From assembly GCA_002269645.1 (NCBI GenBank), contig NIVC01001606.1:1-64000 (forward strand): a stretch of DNA of 64,000 nucleotides, read 5' to 3'. Of this stretch, positions 50,786 through 62,560 are shown piece after piece. The notes under the pieces were generated by a model. The model was not told the DNA's origin and did no database searches. It saw nothing but the letters and a program-made list of their open reading frames with translations. Numbering within the stretch: the stretch's first letter is position 1; each line of letters begins with the position of its first letter. Position numbers and translations under genes: made by a program. The DNA comes from Macrostomum lignano. Lineage: Eukaryota.

Positions 50786-53700
50786 TCAATCGAAAATCGC
50801 GGCAATATTCGGACCGCCTTGGTCTGGCCCAGCAACCGAGCCGGACCCCTCGCCGTCCTCGGTGACCTGGATGACGCGCAGGGTGTTGGTGAAGCCGGTG
50901 CCGGCCTTCCAGCCGGTCACCATGACGACAAAGTCGCCGCGATTGATGAAGCCGCGCTGCCGACCGTAGGCAATGGCGAACTCGATGCGCTTGTCCATGT
51001 CCTCCGTCCACTGGTCGCTGCGAGTCTCTGGGGGAGTGACAAGTTTATTTAAAAGTGCACAATAAAATTGAGCTTAATTGGCGATAAGAATAGGATACAG
51101 AAAATCCCATTTAGGATTGAAATCGAAGATCAACTCAATTTCTTAGTAGAACAACAAGCATTTTCTACTAAGTTTACTTAACCTACTCTAACAAACCCAC
51201 CAGAACCTACTCTACCAAACCGACAAGAACCTACTCTACAAAATCTACCAGAACCTACTGTACCAAATCTACCAGAACCTACTGTATCAAATCTACCAGA
51301 ACCTACTGTACCAAATCTACCAAAACCTACTCCACCAAATCTACCAGAACCTACTGTACCAAATCTACCAGAACCTACTGTACCAAATCTACCAGAACCT
51401 ACTGTACCAAATCTACCAGAACCTACTGTATCAAATCTACCAGAACCTACTGTACCAAATCTACCAAAACCTACTCCACCAAATCTACCAGAACCTACTG
51501 TACCAAATCTACCAGAACCTACTCTACCAAATAAACCCGAACCTATTCTACCAAACCTACCGAAACCTATTCTACCAATCCTACCGGAACCTATTCTACC
51601 AAACCTACCAGAATCTACTTCACCAAACCACCAGAACCTATTCTGCCAAACCCCTACCAGAATTTACTCTATCAAACCTACCAGAATCAACTCTACCAAA
51701 TCTACCAAACCTAATCTATCAAACCCTACCAGAACCTATTCTACCAAAATACCAGAATCCAATCTTCCAGAGCAACAGCAAGCCGAGTCTCACTCACCGT
51801 CGAAGAACAGCGGGTGCAGTCCGCGCCACAGATGCGCCTGACGGCAAGTTTGCGCCAGGCGGCTCACCGTGAGTATGGGGCAGCGTGGCCGGTGCCTGGC
51901 AACCAGCTGAGCAGATCTGCCAGTGGTCGTGATCACGATGATCGCGGCAGCTCGGCACCGGTTCGCGGCCTCGCTAGCAGCAATGGCGGTGGTGTGAGTG
52001 ATATCTGTTGGCTCCAGCAGCTCGGCTTTGAGGTCCTCGAACAGCTGGCTGGTGTACATGGCCGACTCGGCCTCCCGGCACACCTGGTGCATGGTCCGGA
52101 CAGCTTCTAGCGGGAAGTCGCCTTTGGCGGTCTCGCCGGACAGCATGACACAGTCGGCACCGTCAAGTACGGCGTTAGCAACGTCGGAGATCTCGGCCCG
52201 GGTCGGTCGGGGCTTGCTGATCATGGACTCCAGCATCTGGGTGGCGCAGATCACCGGCTTGCCGGCCCGGTTGCACCTGCGGGTGAAGGTGGTGAGGGGC
52301 GGGAATTCTATGGCTGTTGGTGTGCTGATCTTGCACTGTGTGTGTGTGCTGATCTTGCACTGTGTGTGTGTGCTGATCTTGCACAGTGTGTGCTGATCTT
52401 GCACTGTGTGTGTGTGCTGATCTTGCACAGTGTGTGCTGATCTTGCACTGTGTGTGTGTGCTGATCTTGCACTGTGTGTGTGTGCTGATCTTGCACTGTG
52501 TGTGTGTGCTGATCTTGCACTGTGTGTGTGTGCTGATCTTGCACAGTGTGTGCTGATCTTGCACTGTGTGTGCTGATCTTGCACTGTGTGTGTGTGCTGA
52601 TCTTGCACTGTGTGTGTGCTTATCTTGCACTGTGTGTGTGCTTATCTTGCACTGTATGCCAAGCTACCAGAATCTACTGTACCAAACCTACCAAAATCTA
52701 CTCTAACAAGCCCACCAGAACCTACTCTACCAAACCGACAAGAACCTACTGTACCAAATCTACCAGAACCTACTCTACCAAACCTACCAGAATCTACTCT
52801 ACCAGAACATACTCTACCAAACCTACCAGAACATATTCTACCAAACCTACTAGAACATATTCTACCAAACCTACCAGAACATAGTCTACCAAACCTACCA
52901 GAAAATACTCTACCAGAACATACTCTACCAAACCCACCAGAACATACTCCACCAAACCTACCAGAACATAAATCTACCAAACCTACCAGAACATAAATCT
53001 ACCAAACCTACCAGAACATAAATCTACCAAACCTACCAAAACATAAATCTACCAAACCTACCAGAACATAAATCTACCAAACCTACCAGAACATAAATCT
53101 ACCAAACTTATCAGAACCTACTCTACCAAACCCACCAGAACATACTCTACCAAACCCACCAGAACATACTCTACCAAACCCACCAGAACATAAATCTACC
53201 AAACCTACCAGAACATAAATCTACCAAACCTACCAGAACATAAATCTACCAAACCTACCAGAACATAAATCTACCAAACCTACCAGAACATAAATCTACC
53301 AAACTTATCAGAACCTACTCTACCAAACCCACCAGAACATACTCTACCAAACCCACCAGAACATACTCTACCAAACCCACCAGAACATAAATCTACCAAA
53401 CCTACCAGAACATAAATCTACCAAACCTACCAGAACATAAATCTACCAAACCTACCAGAACATAAATCTACCAAACCTACCAGAACATAAATCTACCAAA
53501 CCTACCAGAACATAAATCTACCAAACCCACCAGAACATAAATCTACCAAACCTACCAGAACATAAATCTACCAAACCTACCAGAACATAAATCTACCAAA
53601 CCTACCAGAACATAAATCTACCAAACCTACCAGAACATAAATCTACCAAACTTATCAGAACCTACTCTACCAAACCCACCAGAACATACTCTACCAAACC

Positions 53701-56700
53701 CACCAGAACATACTCTACCAAACCCACCAGAACATAAATCTACCAAACCTACCAGAACATAAATCTACCAAACCTACCAGAACATAAATCTACCAAACCT
53801 ACCAGAACATAAATCTACCAAACCTACCAGAACATAAATCTACCAAACCTACCTGAACATAAATCTACCAAACCTACCAGAACATAAATCTACCAAACCT
53901 ACCAGAACATAAATCTACCAAACCTACCTGAACATACTCTACTAAACTAACAAGAGCATACTCTACCAAATATACCATTATTTACTCTACCAAACCTACC
54001 AAAATGTATCTAATCTGACTGATCTAACCACCAGATTAAATTCTAGTTAAAACTTTGTTGCCTCACCTGCCAATCATCATCTTCTGGGCCAGAAAGACCT
54101 TCTCCGGCGGAATCTCGATGCCCAGGTCGCCTCTAGCAACCATAATACCGTCGGCAGCCTCCATAATCTCGTCAAAGCGTCGAACGCCTTCGTGATTCTC
54201 AATTTTGGCAATAATTTTTATATTCTTGCCAGCCTCGCCAAGAATATGCCGGATCTCACGGATGGCATCCGCATTCCGGATGAAGGAGGCGAACACCATG
54301 TCCAGGCCGAGGTCAACCGCGAATTTCAAATCCTCGCGATCCTTCTCCGACACCGCCGGCAGGTCCACAGGCGACCCCGGCAGGTTGACGCCCTTCTTTG
54401 ACCCCAGCTTGCCGCCGTTCTCGACTTCGCAGAGCAGCGATTTGTCGCGAATCTCCTTCACCAGCAAGCTGATCAGGCCGTCGTCTATGAATACCCGGCC
54501 GCCTTCGTTGATCACCTGGAAAGGGTTGGTGAATGGGGCTGTTGTATGTTGGTGAATGGGGCTGTTGTATGTTGGTGAATGGGGCTTTTGTGGGGCTGTT
54601 GAGTGTTGGTGAATGGGGCTGTTGAGTGTTGGTGAATGGGGCTGTTGAGTGTTGGTGAATGGGGCTGTTGAGTGTTGGTGAATGATGCTGTTGAGTGTTG
54701 GTGAATGGGGCTGTTGTATGTTGGTGAATGGGGCTGTTGAGGGTTGGTGAATGGGGCTGTTGAGTGTTGGTGAATGGGGCTGTTGAGTGTTGGTGAATAG
54801 GGCTGTTGTATGTTGGTGAATGGGCCTGTTGAGGGTTGGTGAATGGGGCTGTTGAGTGTTGGTGAATGGGGCTGTTGAGTTTTGGTGAATGGGGCTGTTG
54901 AGTGTTGGTGAATGGGGCTGTTGTATGTTGGTGAATGGGCCTGTTGAGGGTTGGTGAATGGGGCTGTTGAGTGTTGGTGAATGGGGCTGTTGAATGTTGG
55001 TGAATGGGGCTGTTGAGTGTTGGTGAATGGGGCTGTTGTATGTTGGTGAATGGGCCTGTTGAGGGTTGGTGAATGGGGCTGTTGAGTGTTGGTGAATGGG
55101 GCTGTTGAGTTTTGGTGAATTAGGCTGTTGAGTGTTGGTGAATGATGCTGTTGAGTGTTGGTGAATGCATCTGCTGAGTGTTGGTGAATGCATCTGCTGA
55201 GTGTTGGTGAATGCATCTGCTGAGTGTTGGTGAATGCATCTGCTGAGTGTTGGTGAATGCATCTGCTGAGTGTTGGTGAATGCATCTGCTGAGTGTTGGT
55301 GAATGCATCTGCTGGGTGTTGGTGAATGCATCTGCTGAGTGTTGGTGAATGCATCTGCTGAGTGTTGGTGAATGATGCTGTTGAGTGTTGGTGAATGATG
55401 CTGTTGAGTGTTGGTGAATGCATCTGCTGAGTGTTGGTGAATGCATCTGCTGGGTGTTGGTGAATGTATCTGCTGAGGGTTGGTGAATGCATCTGTTGAG
55501 GGTTGGTGAATGGGCCTGAGTGTTGGTGAATGAGTCACTGAAGAGTGAGTACTTAGTGAATGCGTCAATCAAATATAGGTGATAATCGCAAACCCTAGTA
55601 GTCAGTACTCACCTTAACAATATTCGGATAATCAACCCAAAGAGTGTCCTTTGAGCAGTTCTCAGCAAACGCAGAGTCAATGGTGACCGTGATTGGCTCG
55701 CCCCGAACCAGCTCCACTTCGGCTGTCCCAGAGCCCCCGATCAGGCCTGTGCGAATCTCGGGGCCCTTCGTGTCCAAGGCGATGCCAACAGGCCGACTCC
55801 ATGGCTTGAAGGTCTCAGCGGCTTGACGGACCAGCTCAACAGTTTGCCTGCCGATGGGAGTGAAGATTGAGAGCCCATTGTCTGTCTCTGATCTCGGTCT
55901 GTTTATCTCTGTGATCTCAGTCTGTTTATCTCTGATCTCAATCTGTTTATCTTTGATCCCATGGTCTTTGTCCTATCGCTATCTCAGAGTCCTATCTCTG
56001 ATCTCAGTACCCCATCTCTGATCTCAGAGTCCCATCTCTGATCTCAGTACCCCATCTCTGATCTCAGTACCCCATCTCTGATCTCAGTACCCCATCTCTG
56101 ATCTCAGTACCCCATCTCTGATCTCAATGCTCTATCTCTGATCTCAGTATCTGAACTTTTTTTATTATTAGAGGCAGGGGGATTGTGTGCACCCTGGCGC
56201 ACTTTAAGCGACACTGGCACACAACCGGCGAGAGGCATTACTACCCATTCCGCCGACTCTCCTGAGCAGGCATACAAGCGCGCGGATACGTACGCAGGCA
56301 CACACTCACACAGGAGTGTACAGCGGCACTAACTTTATTTTTATCGTTAGGCATGTACACTTCACTGCGCCTTAAGGGGTTGGCTCTCAAGGCCGTTAAT
56401 TGCACGAGCAGAGCCAAGCTGAGATTCCAATTCAGCCCCAAATCAATGTGACTGCACTTGGAATCGAGCCTGGGTCGCTGGCACACCAGAGCCTGCGCTA
56501 GACCGCTGGGCTACGGCCCCCGTATCTGAACTTTTAGTCTGTCTTGAATTTCATTTCATATTTCTAGCTGGCAATGGCTGTAATCTACATGTGTACATTG
56601 CACATAATTCATAAGCTCTCACCTGTGATATTCGTGTGTACCATGGGAAAAATTCATCCTAGCAATATTCATGCCATTGGCAATCATTTTGTGTAGAATG

Positions 56701-56891
56701 GCTACAGACTTGCAGGCTGGACCAATAGTGCAAATGATGCCAGTATTGCGAACATATGCTGGCTCAGAGTCCACATCCAAATGGCACAGGTGTTCAAGGT
56801 GTGACCTAGCATTGCTGGCTTGCAACTGTTGCTTTTGGATGAAGTATTGATTGGCAAATGAGCCCAGCGATTCTGCTTCACCGCGTTGCAT
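50786..56891 (-). CDS. PK: Pyruvate kinase, 5 coding exons: 56623-56891, 55613-55847, 54067-54515, 51798-52276, 50786-51027 (557 aa)
   Basis: [96 protein letters not shown]; all introns GT-AG with consistent phases (2,0,2,1). Confidence 0.95.
51180..51770. repeat. 24-bp satellite (CTACCAGAACCTACTGTACCAAAT)n in PK intron 4
   Basis: Direct periodicity. Confidence 0.92.
52320..52655. repeat. Satellite of about 24 bp (TGCTGATCTTGCACTGTGTGTGTG)n in PK intron 3
   Basis: Direct periodicity. Confidence 0.93.
52660..54000. repeat. 24/25-bp satellite (CTACCAAACCTACCAGAACATAAAT)n in PK intron 3
   Basis: Direct periodicity; same family as the intron 4 array. Confidence 0.93.
54520..55545. repeat. 23-bp satellite (GTTGGTGAATGGGGCTGTTGAGT / GTTGGTGAATGCATCTGCTGAGT)n in PK intron 2
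   Basis: Direct periodicity; two variant domains. Confidence 0.94.
55880..56150. repeat. 20-bp satellite (ATCTCTGATCTCAGTACCCC)n in PK intron 1
   Basis: Direct periodicity. Confidence 0.9.
56161..56521 (-). mobile_element. tRNA-derived SINE of about 360 bp
   Basis: Head GGGGGCCGTAGCCCAGCGGTCTAGCG (A box) ... GGCTCGATTCC (B box); TAATAATAAA tail; 14-bp TSD GTATCTGAACTTTT at 56147-56160 and 56522-56535. Confidence 0.85.
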
Positions 56892-58991
56892 ATTTTCAAT
56901 TGTGTTAATTGGGTTGCAACTGCATGAATGGAGCAAGTTAAATATTTATTTTGATTTTGTCACTTCTTAGAATATTGATCCCTAATTTACTCACACTAAA
57001 TCCAAATATACTAAATCTCTATAAATTATTATAAGGTGATCATTGTATAGTTGACTGTATTATCAGCGTTTTACATTTCAGTTCTTATGTGGTATCTGGG
57101 GAGGGGGATGCTTGCTATCTGGGGTGCTTGCTATTGGGGGGATTATTTCAATTTAGGGCCCTAGGGAAATGTCTTTTAACTTTTCAATGGCTTTATTTTG
57201 TTGGGTCCTTATTTTTAAAAGATAGGTTCTTAGTAACCATCTTTGTCCAAGACAATTTTACTCAAATAAGGCGATTTATAAAACTGAAAAAGGAATTGTT
57301 TCTTAACAAAATCTTAGATTGAGTCTGCTTTTGAAATTAATACCTTTAAAGGCCAAGCCCCAAGGCAAAATAAAGTGTATATGCCAGACAATTGAAAATT
57401 CAAGGCCACTATAAATCCCTATGTATATCTGCCTAGGGGACTTAGCAAAATGGGCAATAATGCCTAGCACTAGTTGCTTGACATTGTTTTTTATAATGTA
57501 ATAAGGTGCATACACAATTTTTATAAATAAATACAATATTTAACCATTGTTATTCTGGTCTATGGCAATATTCTAAAGAATGTCCTATGTAAAAAAGCAG
57601 TGCTCTATCTATATAGACTATATAGATAGAGATATATAGACTATAAAGATAAACAAAAAAACTTTAATATATATAAACCTTTCAATCAAGGTTTTTAAAG
57701 CATCAAAATTGCATTTGGTAATCTGGAATCTATGGCGGCCAGACTACTGACCGGTAGCACCAGTGCAGCCACACTGGAAACCCCCTGCCTCTGTCTAGCT
57801 GAGGTGGGGTGGGTGCGCGCCAAGCTAGCCGGCTTGCTAAGCTGGGGGGTTAGTGTAGCCAATCATGCCACGCCACCTTTTTGCACCTCCCTTGGCCCCT
57901 TAATCTCGCACTGTTTGTTATAATCATATAAATACATGCGCAACGCAGTGCAGAATCTTCACTGCCATTCTATCTATTGAACTAATTAAGGCCTTCCGCC
58001 TCATTGGTGAGCCCGACTCCCAGCGCGGAATGCTGGGCCTACCTGGGCCTACCTTGTTGGCCCTGTGCAGTCCTGGTAGCCAACCGCCTTGGCCGACCGC
58101 AACAGCAGCACAACAGCTCCGCAGCACAGCAGTACCCTGCAGCACGAATTGGCCAAGTCAGCCCGCCCCCCGGTAGCTCCTGGTGTCTTGCCTTTCGGCC
58201 CCCGCGTTGGACCAACCAGCGCCACACGCTGCAGCAAATTTTAGGTTTGCACTGCTGCTACTAGCCTAACGTCCCCAGCCTCTGTGCAGGAGCATTGACC
58301 TGGCTCACGGCAGCAACTGACTGTCGATTGCCTTGGGTATGGTCTGGCCATGCGCCCCTGCTGCTGCCTTTTTCACCCGCCTGGCACCCTGCGGTTGCCT
58401 TCGGCGCCCACCTGATACCCTGCTGCCTTCGGCGCCCGCTCGGCAACCTGCTGCTTTTGGCGCCCACCTGGCACCTTGCTGCCGTCGGCGCATGCTCGGC
58501 ACCCTGCTGCCATCGGCGCCTGCTCGGCGCTAGGGATTCCATTTTTTTGGGGATTGAATCCCGGGATTTTTTAATCCCGGGATTGCAAAAGTCCGGGATC
58601 GGGATCCCGGGATTTCAAGGCCTTAATCCCGGGATTGGTCCGGGATTAGAACAACGTTTCAATGCCTAAATTAGATAGTTTAAAGTCTAAACGTTTATTT
58701 GAATAATAAAACATTTATTTGTTTTTGCTGTTTCTCAATGAAACGTTAAACATTTGCAAAGCTCCTGTCCTAATTGAGCTAAAAATTGTTAATGTGAACT
58801 GTAAATGATAGATAATTTAAAATTTTTTTCGTTTTCCACCACGAGACGAGACTGAGACTCTGAGAGTCGCGAGACCATGACTACTGCACGCGGCACGCCG
58901 CACAGTCCGTCATGTATTATAATTTAAATTTTAATATTTTGACAATCACCCACAAAGATTTTACTCTTGTTAGTTGTTACTTAGTCTTGTA

Positions 58992-59398
58992 CTCGGGCAT
59001 CTTGAAGTTTAGGTATTTAAAATATTCCAAATTGTGCAAAAATCATGAGATTGCACAGAGACATCTTTCTAGGATACAGTAACAAAAGTCAACAATAAAA
59101 ACTTACAAAATTTAGCTATATACCTAATCTTCAAGACACCTATGAAGCCCTATTGAAGTTTAGGTATATTAATTCCTCAATATTAACTTCAATATCATCC
59201 TCACCCAAAACCTTTGATTCTCATTGACATTGTCCCATTGGCTTTGTAAAGTTAAGTATTTTATAACTTAAAAATGTATTGGAATTTAAAATAAGCTTTT
59301 AAATTTAGAATCAAGACCCCTGAAAACCCTTTTGACATGATTTATTGTCAAAAACCAATTGGAAATATTTTATATACCTAAACTTCAAGAAGCCCTTG
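58992..59398. mobile_element. MITE with imperfect TIRs of about 40 bp and TA target, nested in the hAT
   Basis: C..GGGC.TCTTGAAGTTTAGGTAT.TAAAATATT at both ends in inverted orientation (31/35 match); flanked by TA; two internal copies of the TIR core. Confidence 0.7.
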
Positions 59399-60125
59399 TA
59401 CTTTTCTTTAATTGGATAGGGTAAAACATCATCAACTGAACAAGAAGGTGGATCACTTTCATATTAGCCTATTTTTTCTTATGCCTACAGTATTATTGAT
59501 TTCTTTATTATTTATTATTTAACAAGCATGGTCTAAACAAGTTATCTTAAAAATTATCTAGTTATTCAATGTCATTAGACAATTACTAATCTATACATAT
59601 TTAGAGCTATATATAGATATTATTTAAATTGCCCCCCCCTATTCAGTGCTCCTACTCTGACCCAGGTTTGGGCTTGGCCCTAAAATGAAAAAACTGGCCT
59701 GAATGCCCAAATTCTGCAACCTGGCCAAAACTTTTGAATTTCACAAAGTCAGGCTGTATTTTATAGAAAAAAGTTTTTATTGATTTTGGTCTTTGGATCA
59801 TTTAATACTCAGATTACTCAATGATAAATGTTATTAAATAACTACATTAGTTCACTTTCTCCTAGAACAGATATTTAGATAGCTTTTCTGCTTTCTGGTC
59901 AACATTTTGAATCACTGTATATTTTAAGTTGCTCTTTTAGCAGAACTTTTTCAACTATAAGACCTTGTTCTGGCAGCCATGATAGCCCAAATTTCATCAT
60001 GCCAGTTGCATGATGATGTATCTTAGTCTATTTAATTGATGCCATGATAATAAGTGACACATCATGAAATATAGTACTATAGCTACATATACATCTTCCT
60101 TTCAAATTTCAGAAGTGATTCAAAA

Positions 60126-62411
60126 ATGGCACAGAAATCTGAAGCATGGCAGTTCTTCAAAAAACGTGACAATTCCCGTGCCATTTGTACTCTGTGTGAA
60201 GGATCAATTTTGACTGCTGGTGGTTCTACAAAAGGCCTCCTGACTCATCTTCGGGCAAAGCATGCATCAGTCCTTGGCCAGCAGCCACAGCCTGGCAGTG
60301 CTTGCTCTTCTGCAAGTTTGGCTCCTAACTTAAGTTCAGACAGTTCAGTGTCTGAGGATCAGGAGGTTGCTGTGTCACAGTCAGTAACTTCATCTGTAGT
60401 CCCTTCTAAAATCATAAAAATTACTGACTTCTACCAATCTGACAATGACTCAGCTACTGTTCTGGCTCGTATGGTAGCCAAGGATGGCATGTCCTTCAGG
60501 ATATTCACAAAATCCATGGACCTCAGGTTGGCCTTGCAAGCACGGAGAGTTTCAGTGCCCAAATCAACTACAACAATTCGCAACCAAGTCATGGGAGTTG
60601 CTACTACATTGGAAAATAAAATTCGTGAGGAAGTGGCTCTCCGAAAATCCCGTGGAGAACACTTCTCCATTTCACTAGATGAATGGACATCTGTAAACAA
60701 CCGGCGCTTCCTGAACATTAACCTGCACACAGAATATCATGCTGCTTCAGGATCAGAAAACTCAGCTTCTGCTACAAACTTAGAAGCAACTGTCGTCAAC
60801 CTTGGCCTGTCGCGCATTACTGGCTCTGCAACTGCTGAAGCCTTGCAGCAGCTAGTAACTAATCGGCTTGAGAATTTTGGCATAGTTGTTCCGCAAGATG
60901 TAATTGCTTGTACTACAGATGGTGCATCTGTCATGGTGAAACTGGCCAGCCTGCTAAGGGTCGAGCACCAACTTTGCCATGCCCATGGCATCCACCTGTC
61001 TGTGTCAGATGTAGTCTATGATCGAAGTTCATCTCAGACCATTGCCTCTGAGTTTGACAGTGGCGCAATCGAAGTGCCAGATGTAGAATTTGCTGACAAT
61101 GATGAAGACATGGAAGCTGATGGTGTCGAATGGGCTGTGGATCAGGATGATGGCCGCGATTCTGAGATTGAGTTCAGTAGTGACATTCGAGTCTCACTGA
61201 GTCGTCTTCGTGAAGTGGTTCTTACTTTCCGTCGTAGCACAACACGAAATGACATTCTTCAGAACTTTGTGCGAGCTCAGCATGGCAAAGAGCTGAAGCT
61301 CATTCTAGATGTTAAAACACGCTGGAACTCTTTGCTTGATATGGTGCAGCGTTTTGTTCTGTTGGAAGCATCTGTGCGCAATGCTATGCTCTATCTTGGA
61401 CTAGTTTTGCCACTTCAGCAAGGAGATGTACAGCAGCTTCGAGAATTGTGTGCTGCACTCCAGCCTCTGAGTCTTGCAATAACCATGCTTTCAAGCCGCA
61501 GCTATAACTTACTCAAGGCTGGTGCTACATTTAGTTTCGCTGTGAAGGAGCTTCAGACACAGAACACCATGCTGGCCAACAAGTTGCTGGTGGCTTTAGA
61601 GAAGCGATTTTTTCAAAGGCAGGGAAGCACCGCTTTGGCACTGCAGTTTCTAAAGCGGAAGGGTTACGTCGCCAATAGTACTTCAGAACTGAATGCAGCA
61701 AAGTATACGCTAATTTCTATTGCCGAAAACCTTTCACTGGTATCTGCCTGTGCAACCGCCTCTGCAACCGCGTCTGCAACCGCGTCTGCCAGTACTGCCA
61801 CTGAAGACCAAAGAGAGGCATCTGGAAATCCTTCTAACAGGTAATTAAATTGTGTGGATGTATTATATATTACATACGAGGGAGGGATAATTTAAATAAT
61901 TTAAAAACAAGAATTTTCCTATAATTTTTATTGGATAATTCCACCGAATCCTACATTTTATTGATTCAATTTCCTGTAATCTGTAAAAATATGACCACAG
62001 GTTCCCTGTGTTGCAAATAATTTAATTCCATGCTATATTCTCACCTACAGTGACACTGACGCATCCCTGCTGTTAATGCCAAGTACCACAATGGCGGAAC
62101 GTCTCAATGCAGAGTTGGAGAAGCTGGACAGCGAGTCTTCTCATGCCATCCTACAGTCAGGCACAGGACTTCATATTGAACGCGAAGTCGGTCGTGAGAT
62201 CGAATTCATGCGGTCAACTGGCCAACTCGGCAAGCTGCTGCAGACAATGAACAGTGCCCTTCTGTCCATTCCTCCTACAAGCGTCGAGGCAGAGAGAGCT
62301 TTTTCTGCTGCTGCTATCCTGATGAATCGGATCCGTTCGCGCTTGGCTGATGAGACGCTATCAAAATTGTGCATGCTTCGATCGTATTTTCAGAAGCAGT
62401 CGACATCCTAA
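60126..62411 (+). CDS. hAT transposase, 2 exons 60126-61840 and 62051-62411 (691 aa)
   Basis: BED finger (W..F...C.LC...THL..KH), SLDEWTS, TTDGAS, CHAH, DVKTRWNS, PPTSVEAERAFS; phase-2 GT-AG intron keeps the frame. Confidence 0.93.
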
Positions 62412-62436
62412 ACTGACTTGTCACATTGGACTCAAT

Positions 62437-62560
62437 GGGATGATAGAAATCGCGCTACTGGATTTTGCGCGACCTTGCTTTCGCGCATCCTGTTCGTGCA
62501 TAATCCAGTCGCACGAAAGCCAGGTCTCGCGAAATCCAGTAGCGCGATTTCTATCATCCC
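62437..62560. mobile_element. 124-bp hairpin MITE in the transposase 3' region
   Basis: 38-bp arms GGGATGATAGAAATCGCGCTACTGGATTT.. (35/38 match); flanks GACTCAAT/GACTCCAT form an 8-bp TSD with one mismatch. Confidence 0.75.

Noticed and set aside
56440-56521. Functional tRNA gene
   Set aside because: Degenerate B box and acceptor stem, and it is attached to a 280-bp body with tail and TSD, so it is a SINE head.
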